A DNA stretch of 60,476 bases from a virus (IMGVR_UViG_3300048996_000064:1-60476), one strand, 5' to 3'. Shown: positions 47,392 through 56,461, counted from the first letter of the stretch. Numbers and translations are program-made. Notes: generated from the letters alone by a model not told the origin.

Positions 47392-48092
47392 GCGCGGCAA
47401 TTTTTGGTACAGACGTGACGCTGGAAGTAAAAATATCAGGAAGCTATATAGCTATAGGTTGCGCTACTAATTGCTCTTTCCGGTTTAATAATGAGATTAT
47501 TTTAAAGACAGATGTAAATGCAGGGTTATTCAGAAAAAAGAAAGCCAGGATATCAGATTGCTCAGCGGGTGTTTCAGGGCTGACGACACTTGTGATAGAC
47601 ACTACGGCTTCATCCTTATATTTTTTGCAGGAGGGTGTCAGGCGTATTGAGCAGGACCTGAGATTTACGTTTATTGATCTTGATGGGGTCAGTAAACAGA
47701 TACAGGGATTTTTTATAGTTGAGAATATTGAGGTAAATGGAAGTGCATCTGATTTTTCAGAGACTGATATCGAATTCCAGGGAACGGGAGGATTTGCTAT
47801 TAGTACAATTGACGATGAAAGCGGGGAAGGAATAATACCTGGTGATATTAAGTGGGATTGGTGGGAAACAGTTGAAGGAGAGTTTGCGATCAGCGGTCCG
47901 GGTCATTACGGCAGATCATTTACAGGACTGGATGTTATCGAAGTGGACAGGGAGGGAACCCAGTATGATATCAATAACGTTGTTTCCCTTTCAAGAAAAT
48001 GCGTTTATGACGGAACAACAATTGACTTTGGAGCAGATAACCCTTTTAATGATGGAACAAGAATTTATGTAATCTGGCAGGAAGCACCATGA
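47388..48092 (+). CDS. Second tail-tube-like protein with C-terminal beta module
   Basis: IFGTDVTL...IGCATNCSF...G.F....I....FQGTG resembles 41894..42343; DDESGE linker, then a ~75-aa domain. Confidence 0.7.
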   Translation: MSAAIFGTDVTLEVKISGSYIAIGCATNCSFRFNNEIILKTDVNAGLFRKKKARISDCSAGVSGLTTLVIDTTASSLYFLQEGVRRIEQDLRFTFIDLDGVSKQIQGFFIVENIEVNGSASDFSETDIEFQGTGGFAISTIDDESGEGIIPGDIKWDWWETVEGEFAISGPGHYGRSFTGLDVIEVDREGTQYDINNVVSLSRKCVYDGTTIDFGADNPFNDGTRIYVIWQEAP

Positions 48093-48358
48093 CACTAAAC
48101 AGACTAACCATAGAAGCCCCGGCAGGAAATTTTTTTGTCGCGCATTGGAAATTGGCCTATGCAGATATAGTGAGCGTGAAAAGGAACGGGCAAAGGGAAT
48201 ATTTGGTTGAAGCAAAGCCTACGGGCACAGCAACAAATGTTTATCATAATGTAGGTCTGGGTAGGCTGGAATGGTCGGAGGACAGGTTATTTAATCATGA
48301 AGTGATGGACGACAACGGGTACGTCCTTCCTGAATTCATTCATATTTTATATAAGTAA
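48089..48358 (+). CDS. Small structural protein, stand-alone copy of the shared beta module
   Basis: IVSVKRNG...GRLEW..LFN...IHILYK. Confidence 0.55.
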   Translation: MTLNRLTIEAPAGNFFVAHWKLAYADIVSVKRNGQREYLVEAKPTGTATNVYHNVGLGRLEWSEDRLFNHEVMDDNGYVLPEFIHILYK

Positions 48359-48360
48359 AC

Positions 48361-51300
48361 ATGAAAAAGATATTTTTAGCATTCTCACTGTTAGCAAGTT
48401 TGTTGAGTTTCGCGCAACCCGCGCCCGTTGTGCCAGGATATACAAACATAAACGACAGGTATATCCATTTGAGTTTATATCCACGCTCATTTGGAGCACC
48501 GGCAGGACCTTTTGCTACACTGCAGAATGGACAATGGGTAAGAGCGGGAGCTTTATTTGCCGATACGGTCGGATCAGACAAAGGCTTAAAAGTGTGGCTG
48601 GATGGTGGCTGGAAGAGGTTGATCGATTCATCCACTGCAAGTACACTGGGTGCAAAATTTGGTCAGGCTGATACTGTCCTTACAGCAGACCGCTATGTAA
48701 ACCTCAATGAAAATGAATTTGCCACCCGAAATGGCACACTTACAGTTGGTAAACAGGACAGCCTCGGTGTAAGATTGCATCATTTGTGGAGCACTTTATC
48801 ATCAACTAACTGGACAGTTACAGGATCATCTACATCTACATCAGGAGATTCTCTTATAATAAATGGTACCACTCAGTTTACTTCTTTGATCTGGACAGGT
48901 GGAGAAAACTGGCATACGCAGATGTATTTCAGGAGCAAAGCAAAAACAAATGCTCTTCAGCGGATCTACATTGCTCTTATCCCGAACACATCAAGTTCAT
49001 CCTCTACAAGGAAAATGCAGTTTGCAGGGGAAGATTCCAGCATGTACCTCAATTACGGGATCAATTCAGGTAGCTCAACTCCCGATTTTTCAAACAGGGG
49101 TAACATCTATTTTGATGGCCTGGCCAACGATACTTATTTCTTTGAGTTCTGGTCCTATATCGGAAAGTTAAGAGGCAGGGTCACCAACCTGCGAACTGGG
49201 CAAACCACGCAGTTGGACATAGCCTCTGTACCAATAGGAAACGTTTCAAGAGTTGTCATATCTGCTACAGGTAGCTTCTCTTTTTATAATGCTTTTGATT
49301 ATTATATAGATGCTCCTCGTCCGCTATATGTCTTTTCGGGAACATCCATTACCAATGGCGTTGGTGTAAGTAATCCTGCTGACAGGTGGCCGGTAAGAGC
49401 AATGTACCAGTTCAGCAACCCATACATGATGTATGCAGGAGGCGGTGAAACTACGGCTGATATGATATTGAGAATTGATGAGTGGCTGAACTTCATCGGG
49501 GGTGACCTGGTGCTGGAATACATAACCAACGATCTCAATACAGGTGTTCCTATAGCTACGACAATGGGAAGGTACCGTCGGATATCAGATTCGGCTTTGG
49601 TAAGAGGTAAAAAGATCATTCTTATTTCACCGCTGCCAATGCCCAACGATAACGCAGCATGGATAGATTCTTTGCAGCAAATAGCAACGGATTATGGATG
49701 GCTGTACGTCGATGCTAATACACTCCTTAAAGCGGGGAATGGTGGAGGGTTTGACCGGAATACCAAATATGCTTTTGATGCTGTCCACTTTAATGCTAAG
49801 GGAATGCAGGTCATAGCTGATAAATTCATTCAAACGGCTGTAGATAGTTTAAAAAGAATACCGCCTTTCAAGGTGGGAGCCTTATCAAGATCAACAGAGA
49901 TAAGTAGCTATATGGCCATTAACAAGGATGGTGAACTTGTCCTTACACCTTCCGGGTATGATAATTCATGGATACGAAATATTAGAAGCGCAGATCTTTC
50001 AGAGATTCAACATGCAAATATTGTTATAGATGGTAGAGTTATATTTAATGGCATTGGTACGCAGAATATATCTGATTTTATGGTATCCGGGGTTAACGGA
50101 CCTACTAATCCAGACTTCTGGATCTATGGTAGTGATACCAGGATGAAAAGCGCTATCGCCAACTTATTCACCTGCAACGGATGGCAGATAAATAACATTT
50201 ATTCCCAGATAGAGAATACCAAAATATTCATGGTTGGCACTTCTTTTTTCCAGCCATTCCAGACGGATTTTAAAATAACAAGATTTCAGCCGGGTTCAGG
50301 AACCCCGGCCACACTTACACTTGATAATGATGTGTCGAGTGGCGCAGCACCTTCAGGGTATGTGATACTGGATATGAAAAACAATGGTGTGAGAAAAGCA
50401 TCTGTAGATAAAGAAGGTATTATAAGAACTATCAGTCCATCAGGTTATAGTTATAATGTAAATGGATCATTGGGTACTAATGACTGGGATACAAAAGGAA
50501 GGGTTGATAGTTTAATTGCTGTAGTGTCTGCGCTTAGTTTATCAAACCCAATGACTACAACGGGGGATATTATTTACTCTTCCAGTGGATCAGGTACACC
50601 TGCTAGACTGGGAATAGGAACCAATGGACAGGTATTAAAAACCAGTGCTGGTGGTATTCCTGAATGGGCTGATGAAACAGCGGGCGGTGGTGGAACGGCA
50701 TGGGATGATATTACCGATCCAACGGGAAGCTTATCACTAACTTTTAACGATGGCGAAATATCTGCATTTGCAAATGGAAGCAATACAGAAACATACTGGA
50801 CTACTACAAATAATTCAATGACCAGCGGTACCTCTTATAGCTGGACAACCAGTTCAATGACCAGTGGCAACATCTTAAATATTGTTTCTACATCTACAGC
50901 ACTTGCGGCAAATAACGAAGGAGTGAATATTGACATATCAGGAGCCAATGGAACAAACGCAATTACAGCTACTGGATTAAGATCATCTGTTACCAATACC
51001 AATGCAACGTCGGGAACTAACGTTGCAGCAGCCTTTGTTGCTTCGGGTGCAACTACCGCTAACTGGGCGCTATTTACAGGTACCGGGTCAAATGATGGTA
51101 GAGTAAATATTAACGGTGCAACTACTCTTACAGGTAATTATGCAATGATTATTCGGGGAGTGAACGACAATGCAGGAAGTGGCATTGTGACACTGCTCGC
51201 CAATAACCAATCTGCTAATACTACTATAGGTTATGGTGGTATGACATTCAGCGCAGGTGGTACAATATCATCATCAGCTGGGGCCCTTGATCTTACTACA

Positions 51301-51993
51301 GCAGGAGCCTTTCAGTTTATTAACCATACAACCAATGTGATAAACATGGTTGCTACGGTAGGTACATCAGTTGGAGGATCATCATTCACACCTACTGCCC
51401 GACTTCATATTGCAGCGGGAACCACAACAGCGGGTACGGCTCCACTTAAATTTACTTCTGGCACTTTATTAACAACAGCAGAAGCCGGAGGGGTAGAATT
51501 TTTGACCGATAAATATTATGCCACAATAACAACCAGTGCAGCCAGGAAAGAGCTTACATTAAATGATGCGGCGCTCACTTCTGGTAGAATGCCTTTTGTT
51601 ACCACAAACGGAAGGTTAACCGATAATGCAAATTTTGTTTCAGATGGTTCAAGGTTTACAATCGGAGGCACCAATCCATCAACCTCAACAGTAGACGTTC
51701 AGGGAAGTTTTGCCTATGCAGTGACTTCTGTTTCTACAAATACTACGCTTGACGCAACTCATTGTGTCGTTTTGGTAGATGCAACCAGCGGCAATATAAC
51801 AATCACACTTCCGGCAGCAGGAACAGCAAACCGGAGAATATACATAGTAAAGAAGATAGACGCTACAGCTAATACAGTGACTATCGACGGGAATGGATCT
51901 GAAACAATCGACGGAGCGACAACGCAGGTAATATCGGCTCAATGGGCAAGCTATACCGTGCAAAGTAACGGCACTAACTTTTTTGTTCTTTAA
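48361..51993 (+). CDS. Tail fibre/spike-like protein with N-terminal signal peptide and internal SGNH esterase domain
   Basis: MKKIFLAFSLLASLLSFA-Q. SGNH blocks FSGTSIT / AGGG / TND / DAVHFN (~49320-49850). Fibre-type motifs GDIIY...RLGIGTNGQVL, PTARLHI, VDATSGNITITLP, ETIDG. Confidence 0.75.
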   Translation: MKKIFLAFSLLASLLSFAQPAPVVPGYTNINDRYIHLSLYPRSFGAPAGPFATLQNGQWVRAGALFADTVGSDKGLKVWLDGGWKRLIDSSTASTLGAKFGQADTVLTADRYVNLNENEFATRNGTLTVGKQDSLGVRLHHLWSTLSSTNWTVTGSSTSTSGDSLIINGTTQFTSLIWTGGENWHTQMYFRSKAKTNALQRIYIALIPNTSSSSSTRKMQFAGEDSSMYLNYGINSGSSTPDFSNRGNIYFDGLANDTYFFEFWSYIGKLRGRVTNLRTGQTTQLDIASVPIGNVSRVVISATGSFSFYNAFDYYIDAPRPLYVFSGTSITNGVGVSNPADRWPVRAMYQFSNPYMMYAGGGETTADMILRIDEWLNFIGGDLVLEYITNDLNTGVPIATTMGRYRRISDSALVRGKKIILISPLPMPNDNAAWIDSLQQIATDYGWLYVDANTLLKAGNGGGFDRNTKYAFDAVHFNAKGMQVIADKFIQTAVDSLKRIPPFKVGALSRSTEISSYMAINKDGELVLTPSGYDNSWIRNIRSADLSEIQHANIVIDGRVIFNGIGTQNISDFMVSGVNGPTNPDFWIYGSDTRMKSAIANLFTCNGWQINNIYSQIENTKIFMVGTSFFQPFQTDFKITRFQPGSGTPATLTLDNDVSSGAAPSGYVILDMKNNGVRKASVDKEGIIRTISPSGYSYNVNGSLGTNDWDTKGRVDSLIAVVSALSLSNPMTTTGDIIYSSSGSGTPARLGIGTNGQVLKTSAGGIPEWADETAGGGGTAWDDITDPTGSLSLTFNDGEISAFANGSNTETYWTTTNNSMTSGTSYSWTTSSMTSGNILNIVSTSTALAANNEGVNIDISGANGTNAITATGLRSSVTNTNATSGTNVAAAFVASGATTANWALFTGTGSNDGRVNINGATTLTGNYAMIIRGVNDNAGSGIVTLLANNQSANTTIGYGGMTFSAGGTISSSAGALDLTTAGAFQFINHTTNVINMVATVGTSVGGSSFTPTARLHIAAGTTTAGTAPLKFTSGTLLTTAEAGGVEFLTDKYYATITTSAARKELTLNDAALTSGRMPFVTTNGRLTDNANFVSDGSRFTIGGTNPSTSTVDVQGSFAYAVTSVSTNTTLDATHCVVLVDATSGNITITLPAAGTANRRIYIVKKIDATANTVTIDGNGSETIDGATTQVISAQWASYTVQSNGTNFFVL

Positions 51994-52019
51994 ACATGTC
52001 TGAAACTAAAATCAATTAT

Positions 52020-53027
52020 ATGAAACGCTTTTTATTATTATTAGTTCTTTTGCCTTTATTTATTTCCTGCAATGAAAATGCACAAAGGGAAGATACCCCT
52101 TATTCAAACAATGATTCAAGACCTGCTTTTCTTTTATCGGATACCGGAAAGTATATAAGCCTCCTTTCAAAAACAGTCGCCCCCGATCAGGTAATAGAAT
52201 TATATGACAAGGAAGGGAATACGGTTTATGTAACCCCAAGATCAGAGACAAAAACAATCACCTATACTAATTCATGGATAGATACAACAGTCAAAAGAAA
52301 AGTTGTTGAGGTGCCTCCTGTGATTCCTCCAACCGATCCTCCACCTAATCCAGGCACCCGTCAGGGAATAGTCTATGAAGATGGCTTTGAACGTCCAGAC
52401 CCCGGCAAACTATATGCAAATGAACAGCAATGGTGTTGCAGCTATAGTGTAACATCAGCTACAGATATAGTAAGAGAAGGAACGAGATCAGTGAGAATGG
52501 AGCATAGAGGCACTGACCCTGTTGTTTCATCAGGTGAAAGAGTGGAATTAAAATCTACTGCCAATTTTAAAAGCCTGCCAGAAGTATGGTACGGCTACAG
52601 TATATATTTTAAAGCTCCGTGGGACGCTTTCTCAGCTAACGAGCATCTACCACAGTGGCACCCACAAAGCAATACTGGCGGCATGGTCCTCGGTATGTGG
52701 ACAGGCAAAGGGACATTTGACCTGAAAACAAATCCATCGGGTGGTAGTAGTTCATCTTCCCTTGTATCAAATGCAAAGAAAATAGTTACGAATAAATGGA
52801 CAGATTTTGTATGGCATATCAAATGGGGTAGTCCGGGATTGCTTGAGGTATGGATAGATGGAGAACTCTACTACAGCAAAGCAATCACAACCAGCACAAG
52901 CGGTATACCTTATTTTAAATTCGGGTTGAATGGTGGTAGCTATCCGGTAAACCTGAACAGGATTTTTTACATGGATGCTCTCAGGATTGGAAATGAGAAA
53001 GCAACTTATAAAGATGTAGCACCTTAA
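52020..53027 (+). CDS. Lipoprotein with polysaccharide-lyase-like (heparin lyase I/PL7-type jelly-roll) domain
   Basis: MKRFLLLLVLLPLFIS-C lipobox; Pro-rich linker; ERVEL...WYGYSIYF...QWH...WTDFVWHIKW...GLLEVWIDG...YFKFG. Confidence 0.75.
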   Translation: MKRFLLLLVLLPLFISCNENAQREDTPYSNNDSRPAFLLSDTGKYISLLSKTVAPDQVIELYDKEGNTVYVTPRSETKTITYTNSWIDTTVKRKVVEVPPVIPPTDPPPNPGTRQGIVYEDGFERPDPGKLYANEQQWCCSYSVTSATDIVREGTRSVRMEHRGTDPVVSSGERVELKSTANFKSLPEVWYGYSIYFKAPWDAFSANEHLPQWHPQSNTGGMVLGMWTGKGTFDLKTNPSGGSSSSSLVSNAKKIVTNKWTDFVWHIKWGSPGLLEVWIDGELYYSKAITTSTSGIPYFKFGLNGGSYPVNLNRIFYMDALRIGNEKATYKDVAP

Positions 53028-53044
53028 AATATTAATTGTGAATA

Positions 53045-53602
53045 ATGGGCTGGGATATAGTAGGAGAAAAGTTAGTCGATCTTTTAAAGATTGTATTTGT
53101 ACGGAAAAAGCCGTCCGATGCTATCAAGGATTCGATCAAAATAAGAATCCAGGCTAATGAGCTTGTATATAGCGGCCTTAGCATCGATTGCTTTTTTATA
53201 GTGATGGTTCATAATAGCGGAGGAAAATTAAAACCGCACAATTTTAAGTTCTGGTCAATCATAGATGGGTTTTTTGATGAGGTCACATTGCCGAAATTCA
53301 AGTACGACAACTACCAGAACACGAACATGGATTTAGAATTTGCGCAGTTAGCGGCAAGGATCTATGAGAAAAAGGAAGTGTCAATCCGTACCAGTGAACT
53401 ACCAGTAGATAATTTACGAACCTCTTATGAATATGAAGGTTTGGAGTACATAAGATTTTATTACTTAAAACAAGACCGCAATGCGATGTGGTTTATTATG
53501 GTGGGTACTGCAGCGGAAGACGAGTCGCTGGAAAGCGTTCATCAAAGGCGTAAAATCTTTTTGGCTGTGAATAATGTAAAAAATATTATTCGAGGTTATT
53601 AA
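53045..53602 (+). CDS. Hypothetical lysis-module protein (possible GAF-like fold)
   Basis: 185 aa; VMVHNSGG motif; first gene of the lysis region. Confidence 0.5.
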   Translation: MGWDIVGEKLVDLLKIVFVRKKPSDAIKDSIKIRIQANELVYSGLSIDCFFIVMVHNSGGKLKPHNFKFWSIIDGFFDEVTLPKFKYDNYQNTNMDLEFAQLAARIYEKKEVSIRTSELPVDNLRTSYEYEGLEYIRFYYLKQDRNAMWFIMVGTAAEDESLESVHQRRKIFLAVNNVKNIIRGY

Positions 53603-53615
53603 TAAAATATATGCA

Positions 53616-54026
53616 ATGGAAAAATATCCTGATTTCTGGTCAGTCGTTTTAGGAAATGGGCCTCATGGCTTTTTCTTTGGCTTCTTAACAATGGGCTTGA
53701 TTGCTGCATTCACTATGTTCTGCATACTGGCAGTTGGAAGAGATAAGAACAGTCAAACTACCCCGGAGCAATGGAGTTGGAAATTTTATTGGATGAATAA
53801 TGTACTCAGGATACTGGCTACATTCTTCCTTCTATTCTTATTTGTGAGGGTAGCCTATGAATACGTAGCCGTTGGGTGGATGCTTTTTTGGTCAATAGGT
53901 ATAGGGTTCGGGTTTCCAAAACTAGCCCATATTGCAAAAGACTGGGGTGTACTTACCACAAACAACCTCAGCGAGAAGATAAAAAAAGCTATCGATCAGC
54001 AAAAAGACCTTGATATAAAAAAATAG
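53616..54026 (+). CDS. Holin-like multi-TM protein
   Basis: Three hydrophobic helices and a charged C-terminal tail; upstream of the endolysin. Confidence 0.55.
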   Translation: MEKYPDFWSVVLGNGPHGFFFGFLTMGLIAAFTMFCILAVGRDKNSQTTPEQWSWKFYWMNNVLRILATFFLLFLFVRVAYEYVAVGWMLFWSIGIGFGFPKLAHIAKDWGVLTTNNLSEKIKKAIDQQKDLDIKK

Positions 54027-54048
54027 AAACAAAACTAAAATCAACTAT

Positions 54049-54390
54049 ATGCGAATACTAGTCACACTTATTTTATCGATCAGTCTTGTGACTGCTTTTG
54101 CTCAGGAAACTGTTTTTACAGACAATAAAACCAATGTAACTAAACACGTTGAAACAGTTGGCACAAAATCAGATTCACTCACAAGAGCGATAGACAGCAA
54201 CTTTGTTATCGTTGACCTGCGTGACTTGAACAAGCTCTACACATTCATGGGTGATGCCATTAAATTTCCTGATGGAGTAGAGAAAACATTCTCAGCCAAT
54301 GACAGGGACAGGCTGTTTATTCTACTCAACGAGTTTGTTTTAGCACCTGCCGAGAAAAGAAAACGACCTGTTTATAAACCCGGTAAATAA
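54049..54390 (+). CDS. Secreted hypothetical protein
   Basis: Signal peptide MRILVTLILSISLVTAFA-Q. Confidence 0.6.
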   Translation: MRILVTLILSISLVTAFAQETVFTDNKTNVTKHVETVGTKSDSLTRAIDSNFVIVDLRDLNKLYTFMGDAIKFPDGVEKTFSANDRDRLFILLNEFVLAPAEKRKRPVYKPGK

Positions 54391-54459
54391 AAAAGGGTCG
54401 AGTAAAAACCCAACCCTGATAATTAAATCCAATTTCCAATGAAAAACTAAACCAAAGTT

Positions 54460-55377
54460 ATGAAAATAAATCATCCTAAAATAGCGCTTGGCCTTTCAGT
54501 ATTTTATCTGATTGTTGCCTTAATACTTTTGCTATTTACTCTTTTCTCATGCAGGACGGTAAAAGAATCAACATCTACACGGATAAACACGGATAGCCTG
54601 GTAACTCATGTAAAAGATTCATTGACCCGTGTACATACATCTGAAGTCACGGAGTTAAAAAAGATGATAGAGGAAATGACCTCGGCGGGTGTAACATTTG
54701 TGACGGTGGATAGTTGCCCGGAAAGAGAATCGGTATTAGCATTGCTGGATAGCGCAGGTAAAGAAAGATATAAGGCTATTGAACTGGCTGCAAAAGTAAA
54801 AGAGTTATCGAGCAAAGTAACTATCTCAGAGAAAGGAGCTATCACAGCAGAAGGAAAGATCAAGGCTGCTTACTTTACCAGCTCACGTATGGAAAGCGAA
54901 TTATTCAGGGTAGAGAAAACCAATGATAGTTTACGCCATGTGATCGAGACAGATAGTATAAAGTATGCAAAACAGATAGCGCAAGAGGCAAACAAAAAAA
55001 AGAAGTCATCTTTTCCCTGGTGGATGGTATGGGCGGCGGGTGCAGTTGGTGTGGTGGTAGGCTGGATAGCTAAATCAAGATTATCAATTCTAAAATTAAA
55101 AGGTATGAATAAAGTAACAATGTTTTTACTCGCAGCTATGACAATGCTGTTAGGTTCCTGTGGTCATTTTCACGATGACCCGGGTACAAGTGTATGGGCT
55201 GAAGGTGCATTTCTTGTGCCTACGGTCCTAGGTATTCTGGCAGCTATCTTTACCTACCAGTACTTTTATCCGGGTAAGAATAAGCCCAAAAATAAGCTGT
55301 GGCTTGGTGGTGCTGCCCTCATGCTGTTGTTGATCGTGTTAGCGATTTGGTATTTTAATTCTCCTAACTGGGCATGA
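54460..55377 (+). CDS. Spanin-like lipoprotein/membrane protein (possible u-spanin fused to a second lipoprotein)
   Basis: LFS-C lipobox, coiled coil, TM FPWWMVWAAGAVGVVVGWI, then an in-frame second signal MNKVTMFLLAAMTMLLGS-C at 55105. Confidence 0.55.
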   Translation: MKINHPKIALGLSVFYLIVALILLLFTLFSCRTVKESTSTRINTDSLVTHVKDSLTRVHTSEVTELKKMIEEMTSAGVTFVTVDSCPERESVLALLDSAGKERYKAIELAAKVKELSSKVTISEKGAITAEGKIKAAYFTSSRMESELFRVEKTNDSLRHVIETDSIKYAKQIAQEANKKKKSSFPWWMVWAAGAVGVVVGWIAKSRLSILKLKGMNKVTMFLLAAMTMLLGSCGHFHDDPGTSVWAEGAFLVPTVLGILAAIFTYQYFYPGKNKPKNKLWLGGAALMLLLIVLAIWYFNSPNWA

Positions 55378-55826
55378 CCACGCAGCTATACTATATCATC
55401 TGCGCTGAAATTTATTTGCTTGCCTGTATATTATTTCTTGCTGGTAAAGATGCTACAAGCTATAAGTTAAAAGATCACAATCGTCCAGCGGGATCCTTGC
55501 AAACAAAGCGGGTTAAAAGGTGGCACCGGGATGGCGTTGCATTATGGGTCCTTTGCACCCTTCCGGTGGCTGTTCTTATTAGTCCGTGGCTGGCTGTATT
55601 ATCTGGGTTAATACGGGCAATGTGCTTCGATCCCGCTTTTAATCATTGGGCAGGGCTATCTACTGATTTTCTGGGAGGCTCTGCTATGTTTGACCGCTTC
55701 TTTGTAAGGCTATTCGGCGAACGGGGTGCATTAAAGAAAGCTGCATTATTTCTTGCGCTGGTAGTCCTGATGAATATTTTCTACTATAAACTTCCTTACT
55801 TAAAACCTTTGCTTTATGTTACCTAA
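55374..55826 (+). CDS. Multi-TM membrane protein in the lysis module
   Basis: Several hydrophobic helices; WH, FD..FN motifs. Confidence 0.55.
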   Translation: MTTQLYYIICAEIYLLACILFLAGKDATSYKLKDHNRPAGSLQTKRVKRWHRDGVALWVLCTLPVAVLISPWLAVLSGLIRAMCFDPAFNHWAGLSTDFLGGSAMFDRFFVRLFGERGALKKAALFLALVVLMNIFYYKLPYLKPLLYVT

Positions 55827-56367
55827 TAAATATAAATGGATTGAAGAAATAGGCATACTGCCTAAATTATTATCGGCAGGACTTCAATACTTTGGAGTAA
55901 AAGAAATACCCGGCGTAAAGAATAACCCGGTGATCATGGACATGGCAAAGGGATTGGGAGTAGATAAAATCTATACCAACGATGATCAAAGCTGGTGCGC
56001 CGTGTTTATCAATCACCTGATCCGGATAACCGGCAAACCTATTGACCTGCATCCCAAGGACCTCTATGACCTTCTGAGGGCAAGGCAGACAGCGACAAAG
56101 TTCAACATCGTCAAAAAAGAAGATGCTGTCCTTAGTGATATTGTGCAATTAAGCAGGGATGGCGGCGGTCACGTTTGCCTGTTCATAGCTAAAACTCCAA
56201 AAGGATTTATCGGGTACGGCGGCAACCAGGGAAATAAAGTATCGTTTGTAGAATTTGACTGGGACAGGATAATAGCCGTAAAAAGGTATTACGCTACCGC
56301 TCCCCCTAAATCCGCTATAAGATATAACATGGACAGCGAGGGCAATATGTCCGTGAATGAAGCATAA
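55816..56367 (+). CDS. Endolysin, TIGR02594/CHAP-NlpC-like peptidase
   Basis: GVKEIPG..NNPVI, DD.SWCAVF (Cys), GGGHV (His), GGNQGNKV. Confidence 0.85.
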   Translation: MLPNKYKWIEEIGILPKLLSAGLQYFGVKEIPGVKNNPVIMDMAKGLGVDKIYTNDDQSWCAVFINHLIRITGKPIDLHPKDLYDLLRARQTATKFNIVKKEDAVLSDIVQLSRDGGGHVCLFIAKTPKGFIGYGGNQGNKVSFVEFDWDRIIAVKRYYATAPPKSAIRYNMDSEGNMSVNEA

Positions 56368-56407
56368 CTCTATTCTTTCCTTTCTCAGACAGTTGGTTTT
56401 GGTTTAC

Positions 56408-56438
56408 GGTCAGCCTGTTTCTACGGGTTGACCTTTTT
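56408..56438 (+). terminator. Late-operon intrinsic terminator
   Basis: GGTCAGCCTGT-TTCT-ACGGGTTGACC-TTTTT. Confidence 0.8.
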
Positions 56439-56461
56439 GTTTATCAGCGTGTTAGGGCATG

